From: Octopus sinensis
Taxonomy: Eukaryota
Direction: 5' to 3'
Assembly (NCBI RefSeq): GCF_006345805.1
Contig: NC_042997.1
Span: 111,414,001 to 111,478,000, forward strand
Length of the DNA stretch: 64,000 bases
Shown: piece after piece, positions 10,956 to 23,500 of the stretch
How the letters are laid out: the number at the start of each line of letters is the position of its first letter
Position numbering within the stretch: the first letter of the stretch is position 1
Made by a program: the position numbers and the translations under genes
Notes under the pieces: generated by a model
What the model saw: the letters and a program-made list of their open reading frames with translations, nothing else
Told to the model about the DNA's origin: nothing
The model's database searches: none

Positions 10956-10991
<36 letters not shown>

Positions 10992-10998
10992 GTATATA

Positions 10999-11160
10999 GA
11001 CGCAGGAGTGGCTGTGTGGTAAGTAGGTTGCTTAACAACCACGTTTCCAGGTGTTCAATCCCACTGCATGGCACCTAGGGCAACTGTCTCCTACTATAGC
11101 CTTAGGCCAACCAAAGCCTTGTGAGTGGATTTGGTAGGCGGAAATTGAAAGAAGCCCATT
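10999..11160 (+). mobile_element. CORE-type SINE head and core
   Basis: GACGCAGGAGTGGCTGTGTGGTAAG..GAAAGAAGCCC. Confidence 0.78.
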
Positions 11161-11413
11161 GTTTGTATACAGTCATTGCTTTCTTCCAAGGAATCTAATG
11201 CTCTTAGCTTAGTTTTTCCTTGGGGCTGACCAGATTGGAGCATTCTCAAGTATAACCAGCTGAAATTGTGAAGATAATCTAGTACTTGACTGTGGAAAGA
11301 AAACTTCAAATGACCCGTCCTTGTTTTCCTTGTATTGTCTGTCTGTGGATGTTTGTTGGTCCATTTTTGTATCACCTAACTGTCCGGATGTTTTGCGTTG
11401 TTGTCCCATTTTG

Positions 11414-11458
<45 letters not shown>

Positions 11459-11728
11459 ATATATATAAAATTGAATAAGGGTAGAAATTGATATTAATCA
11501 ATTAAAACCAGTGGCCTAGCATATTAAAAAAATCCGAAGATTAAAATATTTTTTACATACAAAATTTAAAGGACTGACTACTAAAAGTGGACAGTCAATA
11601 TGCTAGATATAGACGTCAAAATTGCTATTTTCCACAAAGAATGTGTTCTCAAGAAAAAACTCAGCAAAAAACCAAAGTGCAAAAAATAAGCAAGAGAAAT
11701 GAAAATATACGAAATAAAAAACGATTAC

Positions 11729-11803
11729 CTATGTACTAATCAGTTTCAATTGTTAATATTCACGTATATGTATACGTGAACATCTGCAAGATCATCAGCA
11801 TAG
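11729..11803 (-). ncRNA. Type I hammerhead-like motif with extended stem II
   Basis: Minus strand CUAUG-CUGAUGA-[..UUCACGUAUA-CA-UAUACGUGAA..]-GAAA-CU-GAUU-AG-UA/CAUAG: stem I 5 bp, stem III 3 bp, GUA triplet. The base of stem II has two mismatches. Confidence 0.55.
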
Positions 11804-13009
11804 TCTGTCGTTTACAAACATAATTTCCAGAACTAGATACAGAACGCTTGACTGAAATCCCTCATGCATAGAGTTCAACAAATTATATTTATGTGTATCT
11901 TTCAAATGCCTTCACTTTGGCGCGCTGAGATCGGAAATCTACTCTGCAGTTTATAAATTGCAGCAGTCAACTTACCGGTTAGAGAACATTTTTTAAATTT
12001 AAAATTGAATAAGGGTAGATTTCTATCTCCAGCAATAGAAAGGGTTTATTTCTTTAGTGGATGTCTTGCTAGATTAAAGTGTTCCCTGATCTGTTTTACG
12101 TTCATAATTGCCATGTAGTAATTATGGTACAGCCTCTAGAGGTGAAGATGGTTGTAATGAATCAATAATTCATATTATATTGTATTTGATACACCTATGT
12201 GTGTGTGTACATGTCTACGTGTGTGTGTGTCTACGTGTGTGCGCGTCTACATGTGTGTGCGTGTCTACATGTGTGTACGTGTGTGAGTGTGTGTGCGAGT
12301 CTATGTATGTTTGTGCATGTGTCTGTGTGTGTGCGTCTGTGTGTGTATCTGTGTGTCTGTCTGTGTATGTGTGTCTCTGTGTGTGCATATATATGTATGT
12401 GTGTGCCTTTATATTTGTGTCCGCTGGGAATGACTGGTATTGGTGTGTTTACATCCCCATAGCATAGTGGTTCAACCAAAGAGACCGAACAGGTTCCAGG
12501 CTTAAAAAAGTAAGTACTGGGGTCAGTTCATTTGAGTAGGAATTCTTCAGGGTGGTGCCCTAGAATGGCCGCAATCTGAAGACTGAAACAAGTAAAGGAT
12601 AAAACACACACACAGAGAACATCTCCCACAGTTTCCATCTCCCAAATTCAATCGCAATGTATTGATCGGACTAGAAGACACTTACCCAAGATGCCGTGCA
12701 TTAGGATTGAACTCGATATCATGTGGTTGTAAAGTGAGCTTCTGAACCACACGGCCATGCCTGCACCTCTTTCGGTAAAAGAATAAATCAAAACTTGATC
12801 TGATAAATATGAGTCGTCAGCTGCTTTCGTATGTGATATGTGTGTGTGTCATGTGACCTGATTTTAACAAACAAGGCTATGAATGGGAACATCTTTGTGG
12901 GGGATAAAACTGTGCAAGATGGAATCGAAACCCAGTCTCATCAGCTCGGCCACTTAGTCTGTATAAAAGAGTCGTCAACTGATATGGAATATCAAAGGAT
13001 CCTCTTTAC

Positions 13010-13226
13010 TCTTTTAGTTGTTTCAGTCATTTGACTGTGGCCATGCACCACCTTTAGTCGAGCAAATCGACCCTAGGATTTATTCTTTGTAAGCCTAGTA
13101 CTTATTCTATCGGTCTCTTTTGCCGAACCGCTAAGTTATGAAGACGTGAACACACCAGCATCGGTTGTCAAGCGATGCTGGGGGGACAAACACAGACACA
13201 TAAACATATACACACATACATATATA

Positions 13227-13271
<45 letters not shown>

Positions 13272-13722
13272 TATATATATTATATATATAATTAGTGAAT
13301 GGAAGAAATGGAGTTGAACGAAGATTGTACAGAATTCCTTTTATTACATTCTACACATGTTTCAAAGGTCACAATTTTCCAAATTCTGATTAAATAAGGA
13401 TACCATATTGCAGCTTTCTCTTCAGGAAAAACCAGGAATTATGTTGATCCTTATTATGGTATCCTTATTTAATCAGAATTTGGAAAATTGTGGCCTTTGA
13501 AACATGTGTAGAATGTAATAAAAGGAATTCTGTACAATCTTCGTTCAACTCCATTTCTTCCATTCACTAATTATATTAAACTTCAATTATCCGCACCAAC
13601 GCACGGTTGCAACACCATATGGTCTTATCTCCAACCGTGTTTTTTTCTGCTGTGATTTTTGCTACCCAGGTATCGGTTAAACTTTTGAATAATCTGTAAC
13701 AAGAAAATTCATCTTTCCATTT

Positions 13723-13817
<95 letters not shown>

Positions 13818-14003
13818 ACACACACACACACACATGTATACGACAGGCTTCTTTCAGTTTCCCTCTACCAAATCCACTCACAAGGCTTTGGTCAGCTGGA
13901 GGCTATAGTAGAAGACACTTGCCCGAGGTGCCACGCAGTGGGACTGAACCCGGAACCATGTGTTTTGTAAGGAAGCTACTTACCACACAGCCACTCCTAC
14001 GCT
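13010..14003 (-). mobile_element. CORE-type SINE split by insertions in its internal microsatellite
   Basis: 3' half at 13010-13220 and head/core at 13835-14003, separated by (TA)n, a palindromic element and unique sequence. Confidence 0.75.
13290..13572. repeat. Long inverted repeat, 118-bp arms, 47-nt spacer
   Basis: Arms 13290-13407 and 13455-13572; single mismatch T13369/G13493. Confidence 0.97.
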
Positions 14004-14119
14004 TATGAAGAGGAATATCAGAGAAGTTATTCTTCATGAGTAGGAGAACATGACATTACGCTGGCAAACTATAGTTGAAATAATTCATAATGATGATGAT
14101 GATGATAATAATAATAATA

Positions 14120-14490
14120 ATAATCCTTCCTACTATAGGCACAAGGCGTGAAACTCCAATGTTAGACTGGTGCTCAATTTATCAACCCAGAAAGGATGAA
14201 AGGCAAAGTTGAGCTTCGCAGAATTTGAACTCAGAACGTAGAGAGTAATGAAATACCTATTTCTTTACTACCCACAAGGGGCTAAACGCCAGAGAGGAAA
14301 ATCAAGGACTGACAAACAGATTAAGTCGATTACATCGACTCCAGTGCATAACTGGTACTTAATTTATCAACCCTGAAAGGATGAAAGGCAAAGTCAACCT
14401 CGGCGGAATTTGAACTCAGAATATAACGGCAAACGAAATACCGATAAACATTTCGCACGGCGTGCTAGCGATTCTGCCAGCTCACTGCCT
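14120..14490 (-). mobile_element. Dimeric Meta-type SINE
   Basis: Two Meta domains in tandem joined at ..GTAAAGAAATA-GGTATTTC..; (ATT)n tail. Confidence 0.72.
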
Positions 14491-14748
14491 TATGGTAATA
14501 ATAATAATAATGATAATAATCATCCTTTCTGCTAAAGGTACAAGGCCAGAAATTTGGTGGGAGGGGGCTAGTTGATTACATCGACTCCAGTGTTTCACTG
14601 GTACTTAATTTATCGACCCCAAAAGGATGAAAGGCAAAATTGACCTTGGTGGAATTTGAACTCGGAACATAGCAGCAGATAAAATACTGCTAAGCATTTC
14701 ACCCGGTGTGGTAACAATTCCATCAGCTTGCCGCCTTCGTAATAATAA

Positions 14749-16366
14749 CCCTTGATCCCACTTTCTGTAGTCCTGATCAAAGATAATGTGCCTGATGAGC
14801 TGAGAAAGAATGGACCTTGTCTCAATCATCTTTTCTTTGTAGATGATTTTAAACTGTTCACAAAAACAGAGCCTGAAATGGAGAGGCTGGTTGAGAGTGT
14901 GCAGCAAGGAATTAGGGATGGAATTTGGCATCTTGAAGTGTGCAGTGCTAACTTTGAAATGGGAGAAAAGAGCAGATTGTAGGGGCATAAAATTGCCAAC
15001 TTGAGAGAGAATGGAAAACCCGGATGATGATGGGTACCAGTAGCTTGAGATCCTGAAGCAGGATAATATGTTGCACAGAAAAATGAAAGACAAGGACATC
15101 ACTGCATATTTGAAGTGTCTCAAACTTCTCTTGAAGTCGAAACTCAACTCAAGGAACCTTGTGCTTGCCATCAACATATGGGCTGTTGTTGTGGTCCACT
15201 ATAATGCACCCATTCTGAAATTAACCAACTCAGTTGCACTTCCCGAAAGACAATGACAATGCATGGTGCCCTCCACCCTAAGGTGAACGTACACAGGCTC
15301 TACATGAAGAGTTGTAAAGGTGGATGTGGGCTGATTAGCATAAGGGAGTGCATCAACAGTGAAAGAAGAAATATGGCAGAGTATTTGGTAAACAGCAAAC
15401 AAGATCTGCTATAGTATGTTGCTAATGCAGAAGGATTTATTCAAAATGGACTTGAGAGCGCTAATGAATTCTCATCACGAATAGCCCATGAGAGAGAAGA
15501 AACTCTACTCCACATGGAATTACATGGTCAGTTTCACTGTTAAACTAACAACTTAAAAGAGCAGGAAGCATCATGGGGGTGGCTCAGCAAGGGTGACCTA
15601 AAAAAGACTAAAAGCCTAATCGTTGCTGCCTAGGATCAGGCATTGAATACCAACTCAGTGAAAAGGGATACATACCACACAAGTGCAATGAACTTCTGCA
15701 GAATGTGTGGGAAGATGGTCGAAAGCGTGACTCACATTGTTAGTGCTCGTGAAAGTCTTGTTGAGAAAGAATACAAGCGCAGATACGACAAGGTAGCCCA
15801 AAACTCTCCACTGGCTACTATGCCATAAGCATGGATATAAGGTAAGGGTGATCCCAATTCTCAGGTCTCCATATTTATTGATCTTTTCTCTTTCTTTCAT
15901 GAAAACATGTTGATCTCCTAGCACTACGAAGTTGATTATTAGGCACTCTTGTTTGTCCCTCCTAAAGGTTACTATATCTGACCTTCAGTACTCTAACACC
16001 TTGTCTGTCTGGAAGTCAAAATCCCAGAGGATTTTTGCCTTCCCCTTTTCATCCATTACCTTTACTGGTGTATGTTGGTACCAAGCTACGAGAGTCAAAC
16101 ATAAAGGTTGCCTCTATTGTCATTGGATCATTGGGTTCAATACCACCTAAACTGAAGAAACATCTGGAAACTTTCAAAATCTCCTACAATCTAGGCGTAT
16201 TGCAAAAGTCGGCATTACTTGGAACTGAATGCATATTGTGTAAAGTACTGTCTGTCTGAAGTCCTTGTTATGACTTGACAAACATCTTTACGTTCTGAGT
16301 CACAATATCTTCAATCAACAACCTCATGATATTGGATACTGTGTGACGTCTTAAATAATAATAATG
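14749..16366 (+). mobile_element. 5'-truncated, degraded R4/Dong-like non-LTR retrotransposon (RT + RLE endonuclease)
   Basis: Fragments LNHLFFVDDFKLF, KLNSRNLVLAINIWAV, CRMCGKMVESVTHIVS..KEYKRRYDKVA and IVIGSLG..LQKSALLGT..ILCKVL. Flanked by TAATAATAA (14740-14748) and an (AAT)n tail. Confidence 0.8.
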
Positions 16367-16904
16367 ATGATGATGATGACCTCTGCGAGATTCTGCCAGC
16401 CAGATCACCATATCATTATTATTATCATTAATAACATAATAACCTGGCAGAATTGTTAGCATGCCAGAGGAAGTGCTTAGTGGCATTTTGTCCATCTTTA
16501 CGTTCTGAGTTCAAATACCACCAAAGTCAACTTTGCCTTTCATCCTCTCTGGTGTGATAAAATTAAGTACCAGTCAAATACTTATGTTGATTTAATTGAC
16601 TAGCCCTTCCTTTCAAAAGTGCTGGCCTTGAGCCAAAATTAGAAACGATCATTTCAGGGCAATGGAACGGCAGAATTGTTTGAGCGTTGAATAAAATGAA
16701 ATGCCATAGAGTATTTCTTCCGGCTCTTTATGTTCTGAGTTCAAATTCTATCAGAGGTTTTATCTTTCCAGGTTAATAAAATAAAGTACCCTGTTAAGTA
16801 GTAGATAGCTTGATGCCATTGACTGTTCAGGTTTTGTGCATATCTTAGAAATTTCATTTTTTAGCACCCACTTGTCAAACAGAGTTTATTGAGGCAGATT
16901 TACT

Positions 16905-17345
16905 ATGACTAGGTGAGAAGACCCAGCAGGACAAGTGAGACAATAACCCGTGGCCTTTACCTGGGATGTAGCCAGTCCACTTATGCATACCTTTTCTTCT
17001 TGGGACACAAAACTCTGCTTGCGAAGACCTATTGAGGCAAGTGAGATCGAAATCGATCAAAAATCAGTGGAAATTGTAGTTGTGATACCAGTGCTGGTGG
17101 CACGTAAAAGAACCATCCGAACGTGGCCATTGCCAGCACCGCCTTGACTGGCCTCTGTTCTGGTGGCACGTAAAAAGCACCCACTACACTCACGGAGTGG
17201 TTGGCATTAGGAAGGGCATCCAGGTGTAGAAACACTGCTAGATCAGACTGGGCTTGGTGCAGCCTCTTGGCTTCCCAGACCCCCGTCAAACCGTCCAACC
17301 CATGCTAGCATGGAAAGTGGACGTTAAACGTTGATGATGATGATT
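16905..17345 (+). mobile_element. RTE LINE 3' end (ORF terminus, 3' UTR, (GAT)n tail)
   Basis: ..GAGAAGACCCAGCAGGACAAGTGA (ORF end), GGCACGTAAAA subrepeats, tail GGAAGGGCATCC..CCAACCCATGCTAGCATGGAAAGTGGACGTTAAA. Confidence 0.72.
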
Positions 17346-17347
17346 GG

Positions 17348-17648
17348 TGCCCTTCTTGTCACCAACTTTCACCTGTTACCAAGCAACATAATATTTACCT
17401 TTGGCCAGACATGTTTCACAGAAGACTAGAAATGGATGACATCGCTTTTTATGACAGTGGTGGTCGATCTACAGCAATCATGTGATGCTAAGGCACACAC
17501 ACATATACAACATGCTTCAATCGGTTTCCATCTGCGAAATCCACTCAGATATTGGTCAGCCCTGAACTACAGTACTATGCAATGGGACTGAACTCTGATC
17601 CATATGTTTGGGAAGCAACCCGCTCCACAGCACAGACATACCTGCACC
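17348..17648 (-). mobile_element. CORE-type SINE subfamily with RTE-like tail
   Basis: Same tRNA/core head as the main family but a different body ending in ..GGTGACAAGAAGGGCAC; relatives at 40880-41270 and 54500-54742. Confidence 0.6.
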
Positions 17649-18278
17649 TATTTATTTATTTATTTACTAGATAAATTACTTAGCATATTCTCTGTATAAA
17701 ATCAGAACGCATTTTTTATCATAAAATTATTTCATAAAAGCATTTCGTCATTAAAAAAAAAAAAAAACGGAGAGGAACCAACACAAATAAGAGTACACAT
17801 CACGCACACACACACACACATACACCTTTCTCTGCCAAAAGAATCAATATTTAACTATTTCACTGCTTTCAGTCTTTAAATATTGGTTTACTATTAATAC
17901 CTTAACTCTCCAAAATGTGTTCCAAAAATAAAAATGGTGGTGAAACAAAAGCAACTGAAATAGAATTTCTGCTAAGACTGGTTCTAACAGCTTTATAAAA
18001 CCGCCTTCAGTCTTGCACAAATTCTGTCTTTCAGGCCGATTAGTCGTTTTTTTTTTTTTTGTTGATTGGGTCCAGTTCCTTTGCTCCAGGTATTTTCCTG
18101 TCAATACTTGCACACACAATGCTATTTCTTCTTTCTGTTTCCAGATGATTAAGTCAGACGACACCTCTCCTCCATTTTGTTGATTCATATTTCTGACAAT
18201 TCATATTATTGCCAATAAGTCCAAAGAGTCGGTTTTGCGATTTACTTCTTTTTTTCTTGTCTTTGTTTTTTTTTGTAC

Positions 18279-18605
18279 ATGAGTGGCTGTGTGGTAAGTG
18301 GCTTGCTTACCAACCACATGGTTCTGGGTTCAGTCCCACTGTGTGGCACCTTGGGCAAGTGTCTTCTACTATAGCCTCGGGCTGACCAAAGCCTTGTGAG
18401 TGGATTTGGTAGACAGAAACTGAAAGAAGCCTGTCGTATATATGTGTGTCTGTGTTTGTCCCCACCCCCATCGCTTGACAACTGATGTTGGTGTGTTTAC
18501 CTGCAAAAAGGGACCAATAGAATAAGTCCTGCAGGTCGATTTGTTTGACTAAAGGTGGTGCTCCAGCATGGCTGCGGTCAAATGACTGAAACAAATAAGT
18601 AAAAG
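18279..18605 (+). mobile_element. CORE-type SINE, near full length
   Basis: Head, core, (TG)n and tail GGTGCTCCAGCATGGCTGCGGTCAAATGACTGAAACAA. Confidence 0.8.
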
Positions 18606-19869
18606 ACTATTAAGCACAGGCATGGCTATTTGGTTAAGACACTAGCTTCTCTTACCCTGTGGCCATGCTGGGGCACCACCTTGAAGGGTTTATTGTGGAT
18701 TGAATTGACACCACTACTTACTTTCTAAGTCTGGTACTTATTCTATCAGTCTCTTTTGCCAAACAGTTAAGTTACAAGCATTTAAACACACCAACATAGG
18801 TTGTCAAGCGATGGTGGTGGGGACACACACATGTGCCACACAGTGGGCCTCTTTCAGTTTCCATCAGCATTCTGCAAATCCACTCAAAAGGCTTTGGTTG
18901 GCCCAAGGCCGTAGTAGAAGATGCTCACCGAAGGTACCACACAGTTGGACTGAACCTGGAACCATTTGGTCTGAGAAACAAGCTTCTTGCCACACCAGTG
19001 CCTATAATGGCAAAATTGTTAAAGTAACTTTGAAAAGCAGAGTACTAGGCTTCCAAAGAATAAGTCCTGGGGGCGATTTGCTCGACTAAAAGCAGTGCTC
19101 CAGCATGGCCTTAGTCAAATGACTGAAACAAGTAAAAGAGTAAATAAAATAATCAGGCAGTCACACTTCTATAAACATGTTACAAATGTTTTGTACTAGG
19201 AGCAATCTTAATAGGAAGGATTACTAGAAAAATAAAGCAACCCCAAAAGAGCAGTGTTTGGAATTTCAGTTCAAGTCCTGAAATTTTGAGGGGAGGGAGC
19301 CAGTCAATTACATCGCACCTACTGTTCAACTGGTTCATATTTTTATCGACCCCAAAATGATAAAAAGCAAAGTTGGCCTTACCGGAATTTGAACTCAGAA
19401 TGTAAAGGTGGAGAAAATACCGCTAAGCATAAGTTGTAAAAAGATAAATTTGGAAAAAGAATTAACCGGAGACAATATTGAATTAATATATTTTCGTTTA
19501 ATTAGATTTAATGAGATTTAATAAGCATTTAAGTATTTGTTTCGCTTACCCAGAATCCCCAGATCTTTTTGATTTTCCTGGTTTGTCTTGGTCTTGTTAA
19601 GGGAGTTTGTTGTTGGCTAATCTGATGACTGGGTGAGTTGCTGAATGAAAACATTTCTCAGGTCACGTGAAAAATTAACTAACAACACCCGCGAACAATT
19701 AACAGAAGACTTAATTATTGCACACAGTTTTAATTATGTTGGTCGTTTATAAATAACGACATCAATAATTACATTCTGGGAAGGAGACGCTGCTTGGAGT
19801 TTATGACAAGTTGACTAATATAGCAGTCTGTGGTTGGCCTATCACAACTGGAAAATAATTGTGCTGTGT

Positions 19870-20275
19870 TCTTTTCTACCCTAGGTACAAGGCCTGAAAT
19901 TTTGGGGGAGGGGGCCAGTCAATTAGATCGACCCAATAAGCAACAGGTACTTAATTTATCAACCTCAAAAGAATGAAAGCAAAGTCGACCTTGGCTGAAT
20001 TTGAACTGAGAATGTAAAGACAGATGAAATACCTATTTCTTTACTGCCCACAAAGGGCTAAACACAGAGAGGACAAACAAGGACAGACAAACGGATTAAG
20101 TCAATTATATCGACCCTAGTGTGTAACTGGTACTTATTTAATTGACCTCAAAAGGATGAAAGGCAAAGTCAACCTCGGCGGAATTTGAACTCAGAACGTA
20201 ACGGCAGACGAAATACTGCTAAGCATTTCAATCAGCGTGCTAATGTTTCTGCCAGCTTACCACCTTTAATTGTGT
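19870..20275 (-). mobile_element. Dimeric Meta-type SINE
   Basis: Same monomer junction as 14120-14490. Confidence 0.72.
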
Positions 20276-21869
20276 TATATTCACAGCGAGAAAGCTTCCT
20301 GTCTTAATAGACTGGATGTGGTGAGAATGCAGACACAACATGCTGCTGCCTTAACATTCTGCAATAACTGCCAAAATCTGCCTTTTATAATGGAAAAAAA
20401 GGGAAAATTCTAGAAAATTGAATTGCACAATGACTTGATGCCAACTGGTTGTTTAATAAGACTAATCGAATGAAACTGTTCTGGTTTGACCATGATGTCT
20501 TACCAGCTACCTAATGGCTTGGTTTCGAATCACCGCTACAGTCTCTTTATCAGTCCCGCAGGAATATGAACTGAGAAATCAAAGTTCACTCACATTACAT
20601 GATAATTCAGTTCTTGAGTTTGGCTAAATTCGTGAAACAAGGATTTTGCCATTTCAGAACAAATTGTTCCTTGAAGAAGAAAAAGGAAGTCTGAAAAGAA
20701 TATTTTTGATGAAGAACTTGTCTTGAAACAACAGCTCCTTTTCACCGCAAACAAACTAGGCTAAACTCATCAACGTCACTGTATTGATTACCAATGATGG
20801 CCACCACCACTTGCAGTGGATTTCAGTTTCTTATGAATATTAAGTTCAGTTTTATAGTTTGTCATTTTCTACAACAAAACAATAAATTCTATACTGTTTA
20901 TGATTAACAATTAATTAATTAATTAATAAAAATAATAATAATATTAATAATAATAATAATAATAATATTAATAATAATAATAATAATAATGGTTTCAAAT
21001 TTTGCCACAAGGGTAGCAATTTTGGAGGAGGGGATGAGTTGATTATATCAACATCAGTTTTCAACTGGTACTTATTTTTATTTATTCCAAAAGGTTGAAA
21101 GGCAACGTCAACCTTGGTGAAATTCAAAATCAGAACGGAGCGACAGGTGAAATACCGCTAAGCATTTCGTCCAGCGTGCTAACGATTCTGCCAGCTCACC
21201 ACCATAATAATAATAATAACTCTTTGTACTATAGGCACAAGGCCAGAAATTTTGCAGGAAGGGGGCTAATTGATGACATTGACCTCATTCCTCAACTGGT
21301 ACTTATTTTATTGACTCTGAAAGGAAGAAAGGCAAAGCTTGACCCCAGCAGAATTTGAAATCAGAACGTTAAGACTGACAAAATGTCGCTTTAACAATTC
21401 TGCAATCTCACTGCATTGATTTTAAATTTTAGCACAACAACAGTCTTAAGTCATTTATACATAGATTGCTTAATTCCCCCTTTTTGTTTTTCTTTGTTTC
21501 CTTAGTGAGGTAGTTCGGGGTAAGGAGTGGGTCTCAATAATTTGATCTTTTATACTTTTAATATTTTGTCCCTTTATTTTTTCCTGTAAAAATATTTTAA
21601 TAAATATTAACGAGTTAAAAAAAAACATTCTAGTGATATATTCACTTGGAACAGTTTGCTATAAATTCTTAATATCCAAATGATTAAAACCAAAGACCTT
21701 ACTCTGCTGATGAACTGCTTTCTTGAAAAGCATTGAAGGAAAAGATTCCTTGTAATAAATATTAATTACTGCAGAGATTTTTTTTTTAGCTGCAGACAAC
21801 TATTCTGTCATTTTATTCCTTGTCTATGATTATTTCTCTCTCATTGTGTGTGAGGGGACCTTCCTTTTA

Positions 21870-21990
21870 CTCATTGTCTGCCAACAAGCCTAGTATGTGC
21901 ATTAATCCTGAACCTCTTATGTTAACTTTTGCTGTGTCTCTTTTGCTCTCTCTCTCTCTCCCCCACTTTGTATAATGTAAAGTATAACTT
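21870..21990 (+). repeat. Interspersed repeat fragment (second copy at ~54275-54400), possibly a Penelope-like element 3' end
   Basis: Shared CAAGCCTAGTATGTGCATT..CCTCTTATGTTAA..ATC..ACCAAC; the PLE assignment is a guess. Confidence 0.4.
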
Positions 21991-23272
21991 GAGAATCCAA
22001 CCAACCATTTATATTGGCCATTATTGCACGCGTGCGAATAAGGACAAAAATAAACAACAAACTGAAAGCTGGAATGAGTTCCCAGTCGGTTCTTTGTTCG
22101 ACGGAAGAGAAAGTAAATAACGTTTCGGACATTGTCTTTTTTCAGTTAGCGGTAAAAGAGTAGGAAAAAAACCCAGTAGAAACTGAAAGATGAAGGGGAA
22201 AGATAAAAAAGAATAAATGAGGGCAAATTGTCTGACCAGAAATAACGAGTTGGCTAAATGGGATATTTTTTAACTGGAGTATAGATGTATTGGTGTTTAT
22301 GTGCGGGTAGTTATATATACATTCATACCGCTATGTATATACATCTGTCCATCCATTTATAAAAGTGAAAATAAAAATAGTCTGTTTTCTATTTGTTCAG
22401 TAATTTCCGTAAAAAAGAAAGGAAGGTTTATTTATTTCTTTTAAATTTTTTCTTCGTGTACTGTTGACGCCGACATTGTCTTTCATGTCCCCGAGCGAGC
22501 TGAACAGTGAACACACACACACACTTTATTTTACGTTTTCACAAATCGCTTGTTTTTGGATTTTTTAATGTGTATATGTTTATGTATGTATGTTGGTTTT
22601 ATATTTGTATATGTAAGTATTTATGTGCATGCGTTTATGTATATAGAATTAAAGAAAACATTTTTACAGAAATTGCCGAACAAATAGATAAGACAGACGA
22701 TTTTCATTTTCACTTTCATGATACCATCTCCGAAGGAATGCCAAATTGTCTATCAACTGTTTAAACATCAAAAATAGAAATGTGTGTGTTCCGTCCGTTT
22801 GTGCAGTCAATATACATTTTTTTTACTCTTCGTTTGTGTATTTACTATACATTTTTTATTCTTTTATTTGTCATTTGACTGCGGCCATGCTGGAGCACCC
22901 TTTTCATTGTATATAATAGTTAGTTGGCTCAATTTACTAGAATTTTTGCAATAACGTAAAAGCTCTTTCTAGGAAGTATCTAAAAGACAGGGAGATAACT
23001 GCAATAAAAGCAGTTAACTGAAACTTTGAAAATATATAGACAAAGCAGATGGGAATATATTTGGGGGAGATCCGGACAATAAGGCAAAAACTTCCTCAAA
23101 ATGTTTAAAATCTAAAAACAAGGGGGATAACTGTAACAAAACCAGCTAATTGAAACTTGAAATATCAAGACAACGCAGGCATCATATTTATCCGATACTC
23201 TATTAAAAGATTTATATTTAGAATCTAGAATACTCTACTGGGATGTTATTTATCAGCCATAATGTTATAGAA

Positions 23273-23304
<32 letters not shown>

Positions 23305-23500
23305 TATTCGAGTAAACGCCGTCCTTTGTCACGTAGGTGCACAGCAACTCCTCGTTCACGTCTGTTTGATCTAGACGGGGCCCAAAAGATTTTTTTTACC
23401 CAGTTCCACCCCAACCACTCTTCCTAGCTGCAGAGAACCTACCCGTACCGCACACACCGACCGACCCACATGCAGTGTTCGAATGGTATAAGATGGCGGA

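Noticed and set aside
13335-13425. CTGAAGAG...GAAACATGT on the minus strand of the long palindrome as a hammerhead
   Set aside because: The cleavage position would be G, stem I cannot form and stem II is poor.
22119-22145. Hammerhead-like relics CTGAAAAAAGACAATGTCCGAAACGTT (minus), plus 21706-21735 and ~50305-50330
   Set aside because: Core nucleotides are mutated and stem I partners are absent; at best dead PLE-end relics.
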